Positions 1 to 10,009 are shown, counted from the first letter of the stretch. The stretch is 64,000 bases of DNA from Cryomorphaceae bacterium BACL29 MAG-121220-bin8 (GCA_905181705.1 CAJIYP010000004.1:61196-125195), one strand, 5' to 3'. The notes: generated by a model not told the origin, from the letters alone. Made by a program: numbers and translations.

Positions 1-112
1 AAGAATCCAAAATATTATATTTTACTTTGAGATAATTATTTATACCTCATTTATTGGCCTGCAAATCTACAATAATAAATGAAATCTGCAAACGAAGAAT
101 TAATAAATAAAA

Positions 113-2839
113 CTAATGAGCTTCATACCAGTTATCTCCTAATCCAATATCAACTGCTAAAGGAATATTTAAAGAATATGCGGACTCCATTTCTTGTTGT
201 ATTAATTTTCTCATTTCCTCCAGTTCAGGTTTGTAAATTTCAAATATTAATTCATCATGAACTTGCACAAGCATTTTGGATTTAAAGTTACTGCCACTTA
301 TTTTATCGCTAATATTAACCATCGCCAACTTTATAATATCAGCAGCACTTCCTTGAACGGGAGCGTTAACAGCATTTCTTTCTGCACCTCCTCTTACAAT
401 TTGATTTCTCGAATTAATGTCTTTCAAATATCTTTTCCTTCCCAATATGGTTTCAACAAAACCATTTTCTCTCGCAAAATTTATTTGATTTGCTATATAA
501 TTTTTTAGTTCAGGATATGCTAAAAAATAGGACTCTATCAAATCTTTTGATTCAGATCTACTTAAATTAGTCTGGTTACTTAGTCCAAAAGCGGATACAC
601 CATAAATGATTCCAAAATTTACAGTTTTCGCATTACTTCTCTGTTCTCTAGTAACATCATCGATATCAACATTGAATACTTTTGAGGCTGTGGAGGAGTG
701 AATGTCTTCATTATTTTTAAATGCAGAAATCATATTGGAATCATTACTTAACGAAGCAATTACTCTTAGTTCAATTTGAGAGTAGTCAGCAGCAAGCATT
801 ACATAATCATTATTTTCACAAACAAATGCTTTTCTTATTTCTCGTCCTTTTGATGTCCTGATTGGAATATTTTGAAGATTGGGATTATTGCTGCTTAACC
901 TCCCAGTCGATGCTACAGCTTGATTAAAAATAGTATGAATTCGCAAGCTATTCTCATTTATTTGTTTTGGCAATGCATCAACATATGTGTTAATTAATTT
1001 TTGTAATGACCTCCATTTTAAAACCTCAGAAACAATTTCGTGATCTTTAGCCAAAAAAGAAAGAACTTCCTCTGATGTTGAATATTGACCTGTTTTTGTT
1101 TTTTTTGGATTATCAATTATTTTAAGTTTTTCAAATAAGATTTCCCCCAACTGCTTTGGAGAAGCTAAATTAAAGCTCTGATTTGAAAGATCAAAAATAT
1201 TTTTTTCAATTATTTTTAGTTCTGAGTTATATTCTAAAGAAAGTTTATTTAAAAACGTTGAATTAATTTTAATTCCATTTGATTCCATTAATGCCAATAC
1301 TTTTAATAGTGGCATTTCTAATTTTTTAAACAAATCTACTAGCCCTCCATTTTCTAAGTCGTGCGTTAAGAAATCAATTAATTGAAAATTTAAATCACTT
1401 TTTTCCATTGAAAGTTCAATAGGATTCTCAGTTTTGCTATTTTTAGAGAAACTTGTCTTAAATTTTAAATAAGTTTCACATAAAATGTTAAAATCATGAC
1501 CTATATCAGGGTTAATTAAATAATGAGCAATTTTTGTATCAAAACATTGACAATTTGTTTTAATATTAAATTGATTTAAAAATTTAAATGTCTTTTTTAA
1601 ATCATATCCGATAATTGTAATATCATCTTTCTTAAAAAGCGATTTTAAAAATTCAATAGATTTAGTGTCCTCATCAATTTGTGTATAATAACTTTTGTGA
1701 GAGTTCCAAGTAAATGAAATTCCAAAATTGTTTTTATTTATTTCTGAACTGAATAAGCTAACAGATACAAATTTTTGTTTTAAAATTTTATTAAAAAGTA
1801 AGTTTTTTCCAAAATCTCCCTGTATTATTTGATAAAAATGTTTGGATTTACTAAAATCATCTTTTTTTAATTCTTCATTTAGTTCACCAGGAGAATTAAA
1901 CAAGTCATATTGAACTTCTCTTTGAATCTCAACTTTTCCAACTGATTCTTCTTCAAATGAGAATATCTTCATGAAATTTTCAGTCATTCTTTTGAACTCT
2001 AAATCGCTAAAAATTTCTTTAATTTTATTTTCATCAGGATTTTGAAATTTAAAACTTTTTAAATCATATTCAATGGGAACATCTAAAATGATGGTAGCTA
2101 GTTTTTTTGAAAGTAGACCTTTCTCTTTGTTTTGTTCAATTTTCTCCTTGAGTTTCCCTTTTATGTTATCTGTATTTCTCAAAAGATTCTCCATGGATCC
2201 ATATTCTTTTAGAAATTTTTTGGCAGTTTTTTCACCAACACCAGGCAACCCAGGAATATTGTCAACAGCATCTCCCATCATTCCTAAAAAATCAATTACC
2301 TGCAAAGGATCTATAATTTCAAACTTTTTTTGGACTTCATCAACCCCCCATATTTCTATGCCATTTCCCATTCTGGCTGGTCTATACATAAAAATATTTT
2401 CTGAAACCAACTGCGCAAAATCTTTGTCAGGAGTTACCATGAAAACTTCGTAATTATTTTTTTCTGCATTTTTGGCTACTGTTCCTATTATATCATCAGC
2501 TTCATATCCGCTTTCTATTAAAATAGGAATTTGCATTGCCTTTAATATTTCTTGAATGTATGGTACAGCAATCTTAATTGCATCCGGTGTTTCATTTCTA
2601 TTTGCTTTATATTCTTCAAAAATCTCTTTTCGGTCACTTGACCCTCCCTTATCAAATGCTACAGCTAAATTATCTGGCTTCTCTCTTTTGATTAAATCCA
2701 AAAGCGAATTCATAAAACCCATTATGGCACTTGTATCCATCCCCTTAGAATTTATTCTGGGATTTTTAATGAAGGCGTAATACCCTCTGAAAATTAATGC
2801 GTAGGCATCAATTAAAAATAATTTCTTTTTTGAAGACAT
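113..2839 (-). CDS. polA: DNA polymerase I
   Basis: 908-aa ORF. N-terminal 5'-nuclease region (LFLIDAYALIFRGYYAF). Family-A polymerase motifs A (DYSQIELR), B (RSNAKTVNFGIIYG) and C (QVHDE). The central exo-like domain appears by eye to lack the DxE carboxylates. Confidence 0.95.
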   Translation of the reverse strand: MSSKKKLFLIDAYALIFRGYYAFIKNPRINSKGMDTSAIMGFMNSLLDLIKREKPDNLAVAFDKGGSSDRKEIFEEYKANRNETPDAIKIAVPYIQEILKAMQIPILIESGYEADDIIGTVAKNAEKNNYEVFMVTPDKDFAQLVSENIFMYRPARMGNGIEIWGVDEVQKKFEIIDPLQVIDFLGMMGDAVDNIPGLPGVGEKTAKKFLKEYGSMENLLRNTDNIKGKLKEKIEQNKEKGLLSKKLATIILDVPIEYDLKSFKFQNPDENKIKEIFSDLEFKRMTENFMKIFSFEEESVGKVEIQREVQYDLFNSPGELNEELKKDDFSKSKHFYQIIQGDFGKNLLFNKILKQKFVSVSLFSSEINKNNFGISFTWNSHKSYYTQIDEDTKSIEFLKSLFKKDDITIIGYDLKKTFKFLNQFNIKTNCQCFDTKIAHYLINPDIGHDFNILCETYLKFKTSFSKNSKTENPIELSMEKSDLNFQLIDFLTHDLENGGLVDLFKKLEMPLLKVLALMESNGIKINSTFLNKLSLEYNSELKIIEKNIFDLSNQSFNLASPKQLGEILFEKLKIIDNPKKTKTGQYSTSEEVLSFLAKDHEIVSEVLKWRSLQKLINTYVDALPKQINENSLRIHTIFNQAVASTGRLSSNNPNLQNIPIRTSKGREIRKAFVCENNDYVMLAADYSQIELRVIASLSNDSNMISAFKNNEDIHSSTASKVFNVDIDDVTREQRSNAKTVNFGIIYGVSAFGLSNQTNLSRSESKDLIESYFLAYPELKNYIANQINFARENGFVETILGRKRYLKDINSRNQIVRGGAERNAVNAPVQGSAADIIKLAMVNISDKISGSNFKSKMLVQVHDELIFEIYKPELEEMRKLIQQEMESAYSLNIPLAVDIGLGDNWYEAH

Positions 2840-2892
2840 TTAATGACAATTAAAATTCTAATTTAGACCCTTTAAATTTAAAAAATATAAGT

Positions 2893-4125
2893 GTGAGATG
2901 GACATTAGTTATTATAATAATTTTATCAATTGAAATATACGCTTTTCAGTCTTTTAAAACATTATTTAAATTTAATTGGATTTCTAAAGTTTACCTATCA
3001 ATTAATTTTTTAATATATATTTTTCTTTTTTTAAGTTATTTATATTTAAACTATTATTCTTTAAATATTTCAGATTTATTTTATGATTATTTATCGATTC
3101 CAATGGCATTCTTAATAACTCTTTTAGGATTTAAATTAATTATATGCTCATTCTTGTTTTTTGAAGATATAGTCAGAGTTTTAACTTTTTCAGTTAAGTT
3201 TTTGTTTAGTTTCAATGATTCAAATGATATTTTTATTCAAAGAAGACAATTTGTTAGTAAGATTGCTCTTTTTTTAGCTTCTATTCCATTGCCATTTGTT
3301 GTTTATGGAATTTTTAAAGGAAGGTATAATTATAAAGTTATTAATTATGAATTAGAGTTTGAAGATTTACCTGAGAAATTTGATGGCTTTCAACTAACTC
3401 AAATTTCTGATATTCATTGTGGGAGTTTAAAGAACTCTGAAGAAGTAGAATACGCTGTAAATTTAATTAACAAACAAAAATCAGATTTAGTATTATTTAC
3501 TGGTGACTTTGTCAACTCAAAGGCAAATGAATTAATTAAATGGAAAGATGTTTTTTCAAAAATCGAAGCTTCCTGTGGGAAATATTCAATTTTAGGCAAC
3601 CATGATTACGGGGACTATGTTTCCTGGGATACAAAAGATGAAAAAAAGAAAAATTTCAATCAACTTTTAAATTTACAGAGAGAAATGGGTTTTAAAATGT
3701 TATTAAATGAAAATGTGAAAATTTCTAAAGAGAAACAAAGTATTAATATTATTGGAGTTGAAAATTGGGGAAAAGGAGGATTTAAAAAAAATGGAGACAT
3801 TGATAAAGCATGTCAAGGATTGAATAATGAAAGTTTTAAAATCATTATGACGCATGATCCTTCACATTGGGAAAAAAAACTCTTAAATCATCAAACTCAT
3901 TTTCATTTGACTTTAAGTGGACATACTCATGGCATGCAATTTGGGATTGAGATTCCTGGATGGATTAAATGGAGTCCAATAAAATGGGCTTATAAATATT
4001 GGGCAGGATTGTATTTAGAGAAAGGCCAATATTTAAATGTTAATAGAGGCTTTGGTGTATTAGCATTTCCTGGTAGAGTGGGTATTTGGCCTGAAATAAC
4101 AGTTATTAAATTAAAGAAAATTTGA
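2893..4125 (+). CDS. membrane-anchored metallophosphoesterase (calcineurin-like)
   Basis: GTG start. About 5 N-terminal hydrophobic helices, then phosphoesterase motifs DIHCG, GDFV, GNHD and GHTH. Confidence 0.8.
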   Translation: MRWTLVIIIILSIEIYAFQSFKTLFKFNWISKVYLSINFLIYIFLFLSYLYLNYYSLNISDLFYDYLSIPMAFLITLLGFKLIICSFLFFEDIVRVLTFSVKFLFSFNDSNDIFIQRRQFVSKIALFLASIPLPFVVYGIFKGRYNYKVINYELEFEDLPEKFDGFQLTQISDIHCGSLKNSEEVEYAVNLINKQKSDLVLFTGDFVNSKANELIKWKDVFSKIEASCGKYSILGNHDYGDYVSWDTKDEKKKNFNQLLNLQREMGFKMLLNENVKISKEKQSINIIGVENWGKGGFKKNGDIDKACQGLNNESFKIIMTHDPSHWEKKLLNHQTHFHLTLSGHTHGMQFGIEIPGWIKWSPIKWAYKYWAGLYLEKGQYLNVNRGFGVLAFPGRVGIWPEITVIKLKKI

Positions 4126-4148
4126 TTTTTTTAAAAATGCTATTTTTG
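4121..4148 (+). promoter_or_regulatory. candidate Bacteroidota promoter (TTTG-N16-TATTTTTG) upstream of the thioredoxin-like gene
   Basis: TTTG at 4121-4124 and a TAnnTTTG match (TATTTTTG) at 4141-4148, 22 nt before the ATG at 4170. The spacer is slightly short. Confidence 0.3.
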
Positions 4149-4169
4149 TAGATATATAAATCTTGTCTT

Positions 4170-4469
4170 ATGTCAAAATTTGGAGAGCTTATTGGTCTAG
4201 ACGTTCCTATTCTTTTGGATTTTTATACTGACGACAATGATTCTTGTTCAGTTATGCACCCTGTGTTAAGAGATGTAGCGGCAGCAATTGGTGACAAGGG
4301 AAAAGTAATTAAAATAAACGTAGATAAGAATAATGAATTAGCCGAAGCTCTTAGAGTTAAATTATTACCTACTCTTATGATTTATAAGGGAGGAGAAATG
4401 GTATGGAGACAAAGCGGAGAGCAAGATTCCAATACTCTTATTAGTATAATTAAGGACTTTATTAATTAG
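4170..4469 (+). CDS. thioredoxin-fold protein with a degenerate active site
   Basis: 99 aa with a Trx-like layout (…ILLDFYTDDNDSCSVMHP…LPTLMIYKGGEMVWRQSG). NDSC stands where WCGPC is expected. Confidence 0.7.
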   Translation: MSKFGELIGLDVPILLDFYTDDNDSCSVMHPVLRDVAAAIGDKGKVIKINVDKNNELAEALRVKLLPTLMIYKGGEMVWRQSGEQDSNTLISIIKDFIN

Positions 4470-7400
4470 TCAAACTTTCTTTTAAAGCTAGAAAAGTTTC
4501 TATTTCAGACTTTATAAAAGACTCGTCATTTTCATTCTCCTTTAAAATATTTAAAATCTTGGTATATTGAAATAAATTATTAGCAATATTTTCAATATAG
4601 TTAGTCTTGTTTTCTGGTTGCATTTCTTCAAAAAACACAAGTCTGTTCCTAAATTCTTTAGAAATATTTAGATAAAGATTTTTTGGTAAGTTATGATTTT
4701 TTGATTTGTAAAGATCTTCAAGAAAAGGGGTTAGTAAAGTGTAATATTCGTAATCCCCATAAAGTTCTTTAACAAAGCTTGTACTTTTAACATAATCTTC
4801 AATTGCTTTACCTTTAATATCAATATTATTAGAGTTTAAAACAGATTCAACTAAACTTCGATATCTTTCACTATCAGTTATAATGTTTTCTGCATAAGTA
4901 TAAATGGAAAATCTAGAACCTTTAGATTTGGATAACTCTGAATAATAATTTAAATTTTGAATATATTTTTTTGCTAAACTTTCAAAAAGCTGGTCTCCTT
5001 TCTTAAACTTTTCAAGTTTGTAATAAGTTGATATGTAAGGTTCCAAAAGGCTATAAAACCCAAAATATTGAATAGGAATTTTTTTCAATGATAAGTCTAA
5101 GATTTCTTCTGCTTTATCATTTTCTCCATCTTCTAAAAGTTTTAAAGCCAATCTATGAAGATTCCCCCTAAAAGAAATACTATTTTTTCTTGTTTCAGGA
5201 TCATGGTAAATATTAGACCCATTAGAATTACCCCATTCCCATCCTTTAACTATACGGTACATAAGCTCAGAATCTATTCTACCAAGTTCATATGGGTTGT
5301 TTTTAGGAATTTCAGTTTTTATTGGAACTAATTTATATACTAATCCATCCAATTGTAAGTAATCTTTCATCCATAAATATTCTGAATCATTATAGCTTCC
5401 ACCTGTAAAATATATCGGCCTTTTCCAATCATTATTAGCTAATATGTCTAACATTAAAAGCTGATTTTTGTAAAGTCCACTTGACGGAAGGTCAATATCA
5501 ATATAATCTACTATTAAACTAGCATCTTTTAAATTTACCAAACCACTTTCAATTACATTTTTTTTATTAACAGGAATCCTAATTTTATTTGTTGGATAAA
5601 AAACCATGTTTTGAGTAAATTTTGGAACATTCGACATCTCTGCCCCGTATTGTTGTAATAGGTTTTTATATTTTGTTCTCGGATGGTCACTACCGACCCA
5701 GTTCATAAAATCTTTAATATCCCATCTAACAGAGTCGATAAGAGCCTCATGTTTGACATAGTCTCTAACACCATAAGCATACTGCTTGTGTTCAAGTTGA
5801 GAAGGAATTGGGCTACTATTATAGGTCCTTTTTTTCATTTGATCTATATACCAATCCGTTGCTATTAAACTTGTGTTTATTGTTCTTACATCTGTGCGGT
5901 AGTTTTCTATTTCTTGAGCATACCACAAAGCAAATGTGTCATTATCTCCAATTGTAAATATCATCGAATCAGAGCCTTCGTCAATAGAATCTAAATATGC
6001 CTTAGCAAGAGATTGTGCGGTATATCTGTTTGATCTATCATGGTCATCCCAATTTTCATAAGCCATTAAAAAAGGAACTATTAATAATAGTCCAATTGAC
6101 AATGGAATCGAGGTTTTATTATTTAGAAAATTCTTTAGTTTTCTGTAAACAGAAATTATACTCAAGCCAATAAAAATAGAAAAGACATAAAAAGAGCCAA
6201 CCAAAGCATAGTCTCTTTCTCTTGGCTCAAAAACTCTTTCATTGACATAAACTTTCAAGGCTAGCCCAGTAAAAAGGAATAAAACAGTAACAACCCAGAA
6301 TAGATTTTTATCATTTTTGAAAACTAATAATAATCCAATAATTCCTAAAATCAAAGGGAGAAAATAATATCTATTTCGACCTTTATTGGTTAGTACATCT
6401 TCCGATAAGTTTTGCTGAGGGCCAAGTCTAAATTCATCAATAAATTTAATCCCACTTATCCAGTTCCCATTTAAAAGGTCGTATTTCCATTGAATATCAT
6501 TTTGTTTCCCAGCAAAATTCCACATAAAATATCTCCAATACATCGAACCCATTTGATACTGAAAAAGATATTTCAAGTTGGACAATAAATTTGGTTTTTC
6601 AATATCTAGATATCCGCCATATTGTGATAGAAATTCATGATACCCTTCTGAATCAATATCTCCTTCATTAAAATTATTCCTAAATTGATTTACTATTTGT
6701 GTTAATTTTTCTTCAGATTTGTAATCAGTTTTTATTTCAAAATTTAAATATCCAAAATACTTCATGTAGTTAGCTGCGTGCTCAGAACTCCACATTCTTG
6801 GTAGCAACCCTACATGATTATTATTAGAATTAATTTTACCAGACTCCCAATCGTTAACTACAATATATTTATTTTTTAAAAGGTCTTTCTCGTATTTAGG
6901 TTTATCGTCTTTGTAGGGTTGGTCAATATCTTGACCAGCATAAGCGTCGGAGTACATGGGGCCATAAAAAAGGTGGGTGTCTGGATACTGTTCTAAATTA
7001 TAGTAAGCTAATAAAGCTCTTGCATCAGAAGGAGCATTTTCATTAATAACCGTATTGGCATTTGACCTTATTGGTATCATAAGCCATGATGAAAAGCCAA
7101 TAAAAACAAACATTATACAAAGTAAAAATGTATTAATTTTAATCCATCTTTTTTCTCTTGTGGTCTTAATTGCAATGTAGAAGAAACTAATTATTGAGAT
7201 TGCCGTAAAAATAGTTCCAGTATTAAAAGGCATTCCCAGATCATTAACAAAAAAAACTTCTAGATATCCAAAAAGACCTAAAGTGGAAGGCAATAATAAT
7301 TTAAATATGAATAATAAAATTGCTACAGAAATAACGTTTGCTAATAAAAAACTTTTAAATGTTGGAGATGGGTTTTTTTTAAAAAAATAAATCATTCCAA

Positions 7401-8004
7401 TTGCTGGAATTGCTAGAAGTCCCATAAAATGAACCCCAAAAGATAAGCCAACAACAAAAGATATTAGAATCAACCATCTATCTCCACCTTTTTGGTCCAT
7501 ATTTTCTTCCCATTTAAAACCTAACCAAAATAGTAAGGCCATAATCATTGTAGCCATCGCATATACTTCAGCTTCAACCGCATTAAACCAAAAGCTGTCA
7601 GAAAAGGTAAAACATAAAGACCCTAAAAAAGAGGAACCAAGAATTATTATCGCATTAGAGTTTGAAATTGCAGCATTTTTTAAAACTATTTTTTTCCCAA
7701 TTATAGTTGTTGTCAGAAACAAAAAAAGTATTGTAAATGCACTAGCAAAAACAGACATCATATTAACCATAAATGCTATGTTCTCAGCTTCAAAAGCAAA
7801 AGATGAAAAAAAAGCACCTAACATTTGAAATAGCGGCGCTCCCGGTGGGTGTCCCACCTGTAATTTCGCAGATGTCGAAATGTATTCTGCACAGTCCCAA
7901 TAACTAGCTGTAGGCTCCACGGTAAGAGAGTAAACAGTAAGAGCAATAAAAAAAGTTAGAGTTGCAATTAAGCGATTCCATTTCTCGAACTTATTAATAT
8001 TCAT
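4462..8004 (-). CDS. DUF2723/TMEM260-like polytopic membrane protein (GT-C-type glycosyltransferase-like) with a long C-terminal soluble helical region
   Basis: 1180 aa. N-terminal motif YWDCAEYISTSAKLQVGHPPGAPLF, which I recognise from the DUF2723 family. About 10 or more TM helices followed by a ~600-aa soluble tail. Confidence 0.7.
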   Translation of the reverse strand: MNINKFEKWNRLIATLTFFIALTVYSLTVEPTASYWDCAEYISTSAKLQVGHPPGAPLFQMLGAFFSSFAFEAENIAFMVNMMSVFASAFTILFLFLTTTIIGKKIVLKNAAISNSNAIIILGSSFLGSLCFTFSDSFWFNAVEAEVYAMATMIMALLFWLGFKWEENMDQKGGDRWLILISFVVGLSFGVHFMGLLAIPAIGMIYFFKKNPSPTFKSFLLANVISVAILLFIFKLLLPSTLGLFGYLEVFFVNDLGMPFNTGTIFTAISIISFFYIAIKTTREKRWIKINTFLLCIMFVFIGFSSWLMIPIRSNANTVINENAPSDARALLAYYNLEQYPDTHLFYGPMYSDAYAGQDIDQPYKDDKPKYEKDLLKNKYIVVNDWESGKINSNNNHVGLLPRMWSSEHAANYMKYFGYLNFEIKTDYKSEEKLTQIVNQFRNNFNEGDIDSEGYHEFLSQYGGYLDIEKPNLLSNLKYLFQYQMGSMYWRYFMWNFAGKQNDIQWKYDLLNGNWISGIKFIDEFRLGPQQNLSEDVLTNKGRNRYYFLPLILGIIGLLLVFKNDKNLFWVVTVLFLFTGLALKVYVNERVFEPRERDYALVGSFYVFSIFIGLSIISVYRKLKNFLNNKTSIPLSIGLLLIVPFLMAYENWDDHDRSNRYTAQSLAKAYLDSIDEGSDSMIFTIGDNDTFALWYAQEIENYRTDVRTINTSLIATDWYIDQMKKRTYNSSPIPSQLEHKQYAYGVRDYVKHEALIDSVRWDIKDFMNWVGSDHPRTKYKNLLQQYGAEMSNVPKFTQNMVFYPTNKIRIPVNKKNVIESGLVNLKDASLIVDYIDIDLPSSGLYKNQLLMLDILANNDWKRPIYFTGGSYNDSEYLWMKDYLQLDGLVYKLVPIKTEIPKNNPYELGRIDSELMYRIVKGWEWGNSNGSNIYHDPETRKNSISFRGNLHRLALKLLEDGENDKAEEILDLSLKKIPIQYFGFYSLLEPYISTYYKLEKFKKGDQLFESLAKKYIQNLNYYSELSKSKGSRFSIYTYAENIITDSERYRSLVESVLNSNNIDIKGKAIEDYVKSTSFVKELYGDYEYYTLLTPFLEDLYKSKNHNLPKNLYLNISKEFRNRLVFFEEMQPENKTNYIENIANNLFQYTKILNILKENENDESFIKSEIETFLALKESLTN

Positions 8005-8079
8005 GTCAATTTACTTTTGAAAGCGAATTTAAACAATATTAACAATTAAATTTTTACTATTATTTTAAATTATAATTTA

Positions 8080-8110
8080 TTTGCCTAGCAAAAACTTTAT
8101 ACTAAATTTG
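8080..8110 (+). promoter_or_regulatory. candidate promoter for tRNA-Gln (TTTG-N19-TAAATTTG)
   Basis: TTTG at 8080-8083 and a TAnnTTTG match at 8103-8110, 13 nt upstream of the tRNA 5' end. The spacing fits the Bacteroidota -33/-7 consensus. Confidence 0.45.
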
Positions 8111-8123
8111 CCGAGAATTATAT

Positions 8124-8196
8124 TGGCCTATGGTGTAACTGGCAACACGTCTGGTTTTGGTCCAGAAGAGTCTAGGTTCGAGCCCTAGTAGGCCAA
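8124..8196 (+). tRNA. tRNA-Gln (anticodon UUG)
   Basis: Cloverleaf folded by hand. Acceptor TGGCCTA/TAGGCCA (U1-A72), U8, D stem GTGT/ACAC, anticodon stem TCTGG/CCAGA with loop TTTTGGT, T arm CTAGG-TTCGAGC-CCTAG. No encoded CCA. Confidence 0.9.
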
Positions 8197-8246
8197 CTAA
8201 TTTATTTGGTAGAATTTTGTATATTTGCCAAGCATTATGGAAAATT

Positions 8247-8274
8247 GAAGGGGGACATTGTCCCCTTCTTTATT
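8247..8274 (+). terminator. rho-independent terminator after tRNA-Gln
   Basis: 8-bp GC-rich stem GAAGGGGG/TCCCCTTC (8247-8254 with 8261-8268), a 6-nt loop, then TTTATT. Confidence 0.6.
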
Positions 8275-8288
8275 AAATATACTCTAAT

Positions 8289-8750
8289 TTGAATAAGTTT
8301 TTTGATAATATAATTAATGAATATTTTGACAACAACACCAATCTTTTTTTGGTAGATGCATCTGTTGACTCATCAAATAAAATAAATATAATTATTGACG
8401 GAGATAAGGGTGTAAAGATTTCAGACTGCGTTAGTTTAGGTAAATATTTAAAAAATAATTTGGAAGATGAAATTGACGATTTTTCATTTGAAGTGAGTTC
8501 TGCGGGGATGACATCCCCTTTAATAACTCATAGGCAGTTTTTAAAAAATCTTAATCGAAAGCTTAATATTTTATCTGTTGATGGTGAAGAGTATATCGGA
8601 AATTTGTCTGAAGTTAAAGATGATAATGTCACAATTGAATGGTTTTCAAGAGAGTCCAAGCCAATTGGTAAAGGAAAGATTTCCGTTAAAAAAAACAAGT
8701 CATTATTGTTTAATGAAATTAAACAAGCGAAATTAATAGTAGAATTTTAA
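8289..8750 (+). CDS. rimP: ribosome maturation factor RimP
   Basis: 153 aa with a TTG start. Sits in the conserved position immediately upstream of nusA-infB. Size and the FEVSSAGMTSPL motif are typical. Confidence 0.8.
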   Translation: MNKFFDNIINEYFDNNTNLFLVDASVDSSNKINIIIDGDKGVKISDCVSLGKYLKNNLEDEIDDFSFEVSSAGMTSPLITHRQFLKNLNRKLNILSVDGEEYIGNLSEVKDDNVTIEWFSRESKPIGKGKISVKKNKSLLFNEIKQAKLIVEF

Positions 8751-8761
8751 AAATATATTAA

Positions 8762-9994
8762 ATGGAAAATTTAGCCTTAATTGAATCATTTTCAGAATTT
8801 AAAGATGAAAAATTTATTGATAGAGTAACCCTAATGTCAATCTTGGAAGAGGTTTTTAGAAATACTTTAAAAAGAAAATATGGAGATGATGATAATTTCG
8901 ATATTATTATAAATCCAGACAAAGGGGATTTGGAAATATGGAGAAATAGAATTGTTGTTGAAGATGAATCTGTTGAAGACGAGAACCAAGAAATTACCCT
9001 TACAGAGGCTAGGAAAATTGAACCTGATTTTGAAGTTGGAGAAGATGTTTCAGAAGAAGTTAAACTTATAGATTTAGGAAGAAGAACAGTGCTGGCTCTA
9101 AGACAAAACTTAGTTTCTAGGATTCATGAACATGATAATGCTATTGTTTACAAACAATTCGTTGATTTAGTTGGGGAAATTTATACTGCGGAAGTTCATC
9201 ATATAAGACATAATGTTGTGATTCTTTTAGACGATGAGGGTAACGAGCTAATAATGCCAAAAGACAGACAAATACCCTCTGATTTTTATAGAAAAGGGGA
9301 TAATGTCAGAGGTGTAATTGAATCTGTAGAGCTAAAAGGAAACAAGCCTTCAATTATACTTTCCAGAACTTCCCCAATGTTTTTAGAAAAACTATTTGAA
9401 CAAGATATTCCAGAAGTTTTTGACGGTTTAATATCAGTAAAAAAAGTAGTTAGAATTCCGGGTCAAAAAGCAAAAGTAGCTGTGGATTCTTATGACGATA
9501 GAATAGATCCTGTTGGAGCTTGCGTTGGCATGAAGGGATCTAGAATTCACGGAATAGTTAGAGAACTTGGAAATGAAAATATTGATGTTATTAATTATAC
9601 TAACAATACACAGTTGTTAATTACAAGAGCCTTAAGTCCTGCTAAAATTTCTTCATTAAAAATTAATGAAGAAAAGAAAACCGTAGAGGTTTTCATGGAT
9701 CCAGAACAAGTTTCAAAAGCAATTGGAAGAGGAGGGTTTAATATTAGATTAGCAGGTCAATTAACTGGCTATGAAATTGATGTTTACAGGGAAGGTGCCG
9801 AAGAAGATGTTGAGTTAACGGAATTCTCAGACGAAATAGAAGGTTGGGTTTTGGAAGAGTTAAAGAAAGCAGGATTGGATACTGCTAAGAGCGTTTTGGA
9901 ACAAGAAGTAGAAGATTTAATAAAAAGAACAGATTTAGAGGAGGAGACTATTTTAGAAATAAGAAAAGTTTTAAATGCAGAATTCTCTGACTAA
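8762..9994 (+). CDS. nusA: transcription termination/antitermination factor NusA
   Basis: 410 aa. S1-like region and two KH motifs (GACVGMKGSRI, AIGRGGFNIRLA). Confidence 0.95.
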   Translation: MENLALIESFSEFKDEKFIDRVTLMSILEEVFRNTLKRKYGDDDNFDIIINPDKGDLEIWRNRIVVEDESVEDENQEITLTEARKIEPDFEVGEDVSEEVKLIDLGRRTVLALRQNLVSRIHEHDNAIVYKQFVDLVGEIYTAEVHHIRHNVVILLDDEGNELIMPKDRQIPSDFYRKGDNVRGVIESVELKGNKPSIILSRTSPMFLEKLFEQDIPEVFDGLISVKKVVRIPGQKAKVAVDSYDDRIDPVGACVGMKGSRIHGIVRELGNENIDVINYTNNTQLLITRALSPAKISSLKINEEKKTVEVFMDPEQVSKAIGRGGFNIRLAGQLTGYEIDVYREGAEEDVELTEFSDEIEGWVLEELKKAGLDTAKSVLEQEVEDLIKRTDLEEETILEIRKVLNAEFSD

Positions 9995-10009
9995 ATAATA
10001 GAAATTTAT

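Noticed and set aside
79-508. ORFs 79-285 and 257-508 on the plus strand at the left edge.
   Set aside because: Both overlap the 3' end of polA on the opposite strand and have no recognisable features. They are most likely spurious.
1589-1771. The Pol I 3'-5' exonuclease-like domain seems to lack the Exo I/Exo II acidic residues (FVSVSLFSSE and IIGYDLKKT where DxE and NxxxD are expected).
   Set aside because: The alignment was done by eye and is uncertain. Proofreading-deficient Pol I enzymes are common in bacteria, so this is not unusual even if it is true.
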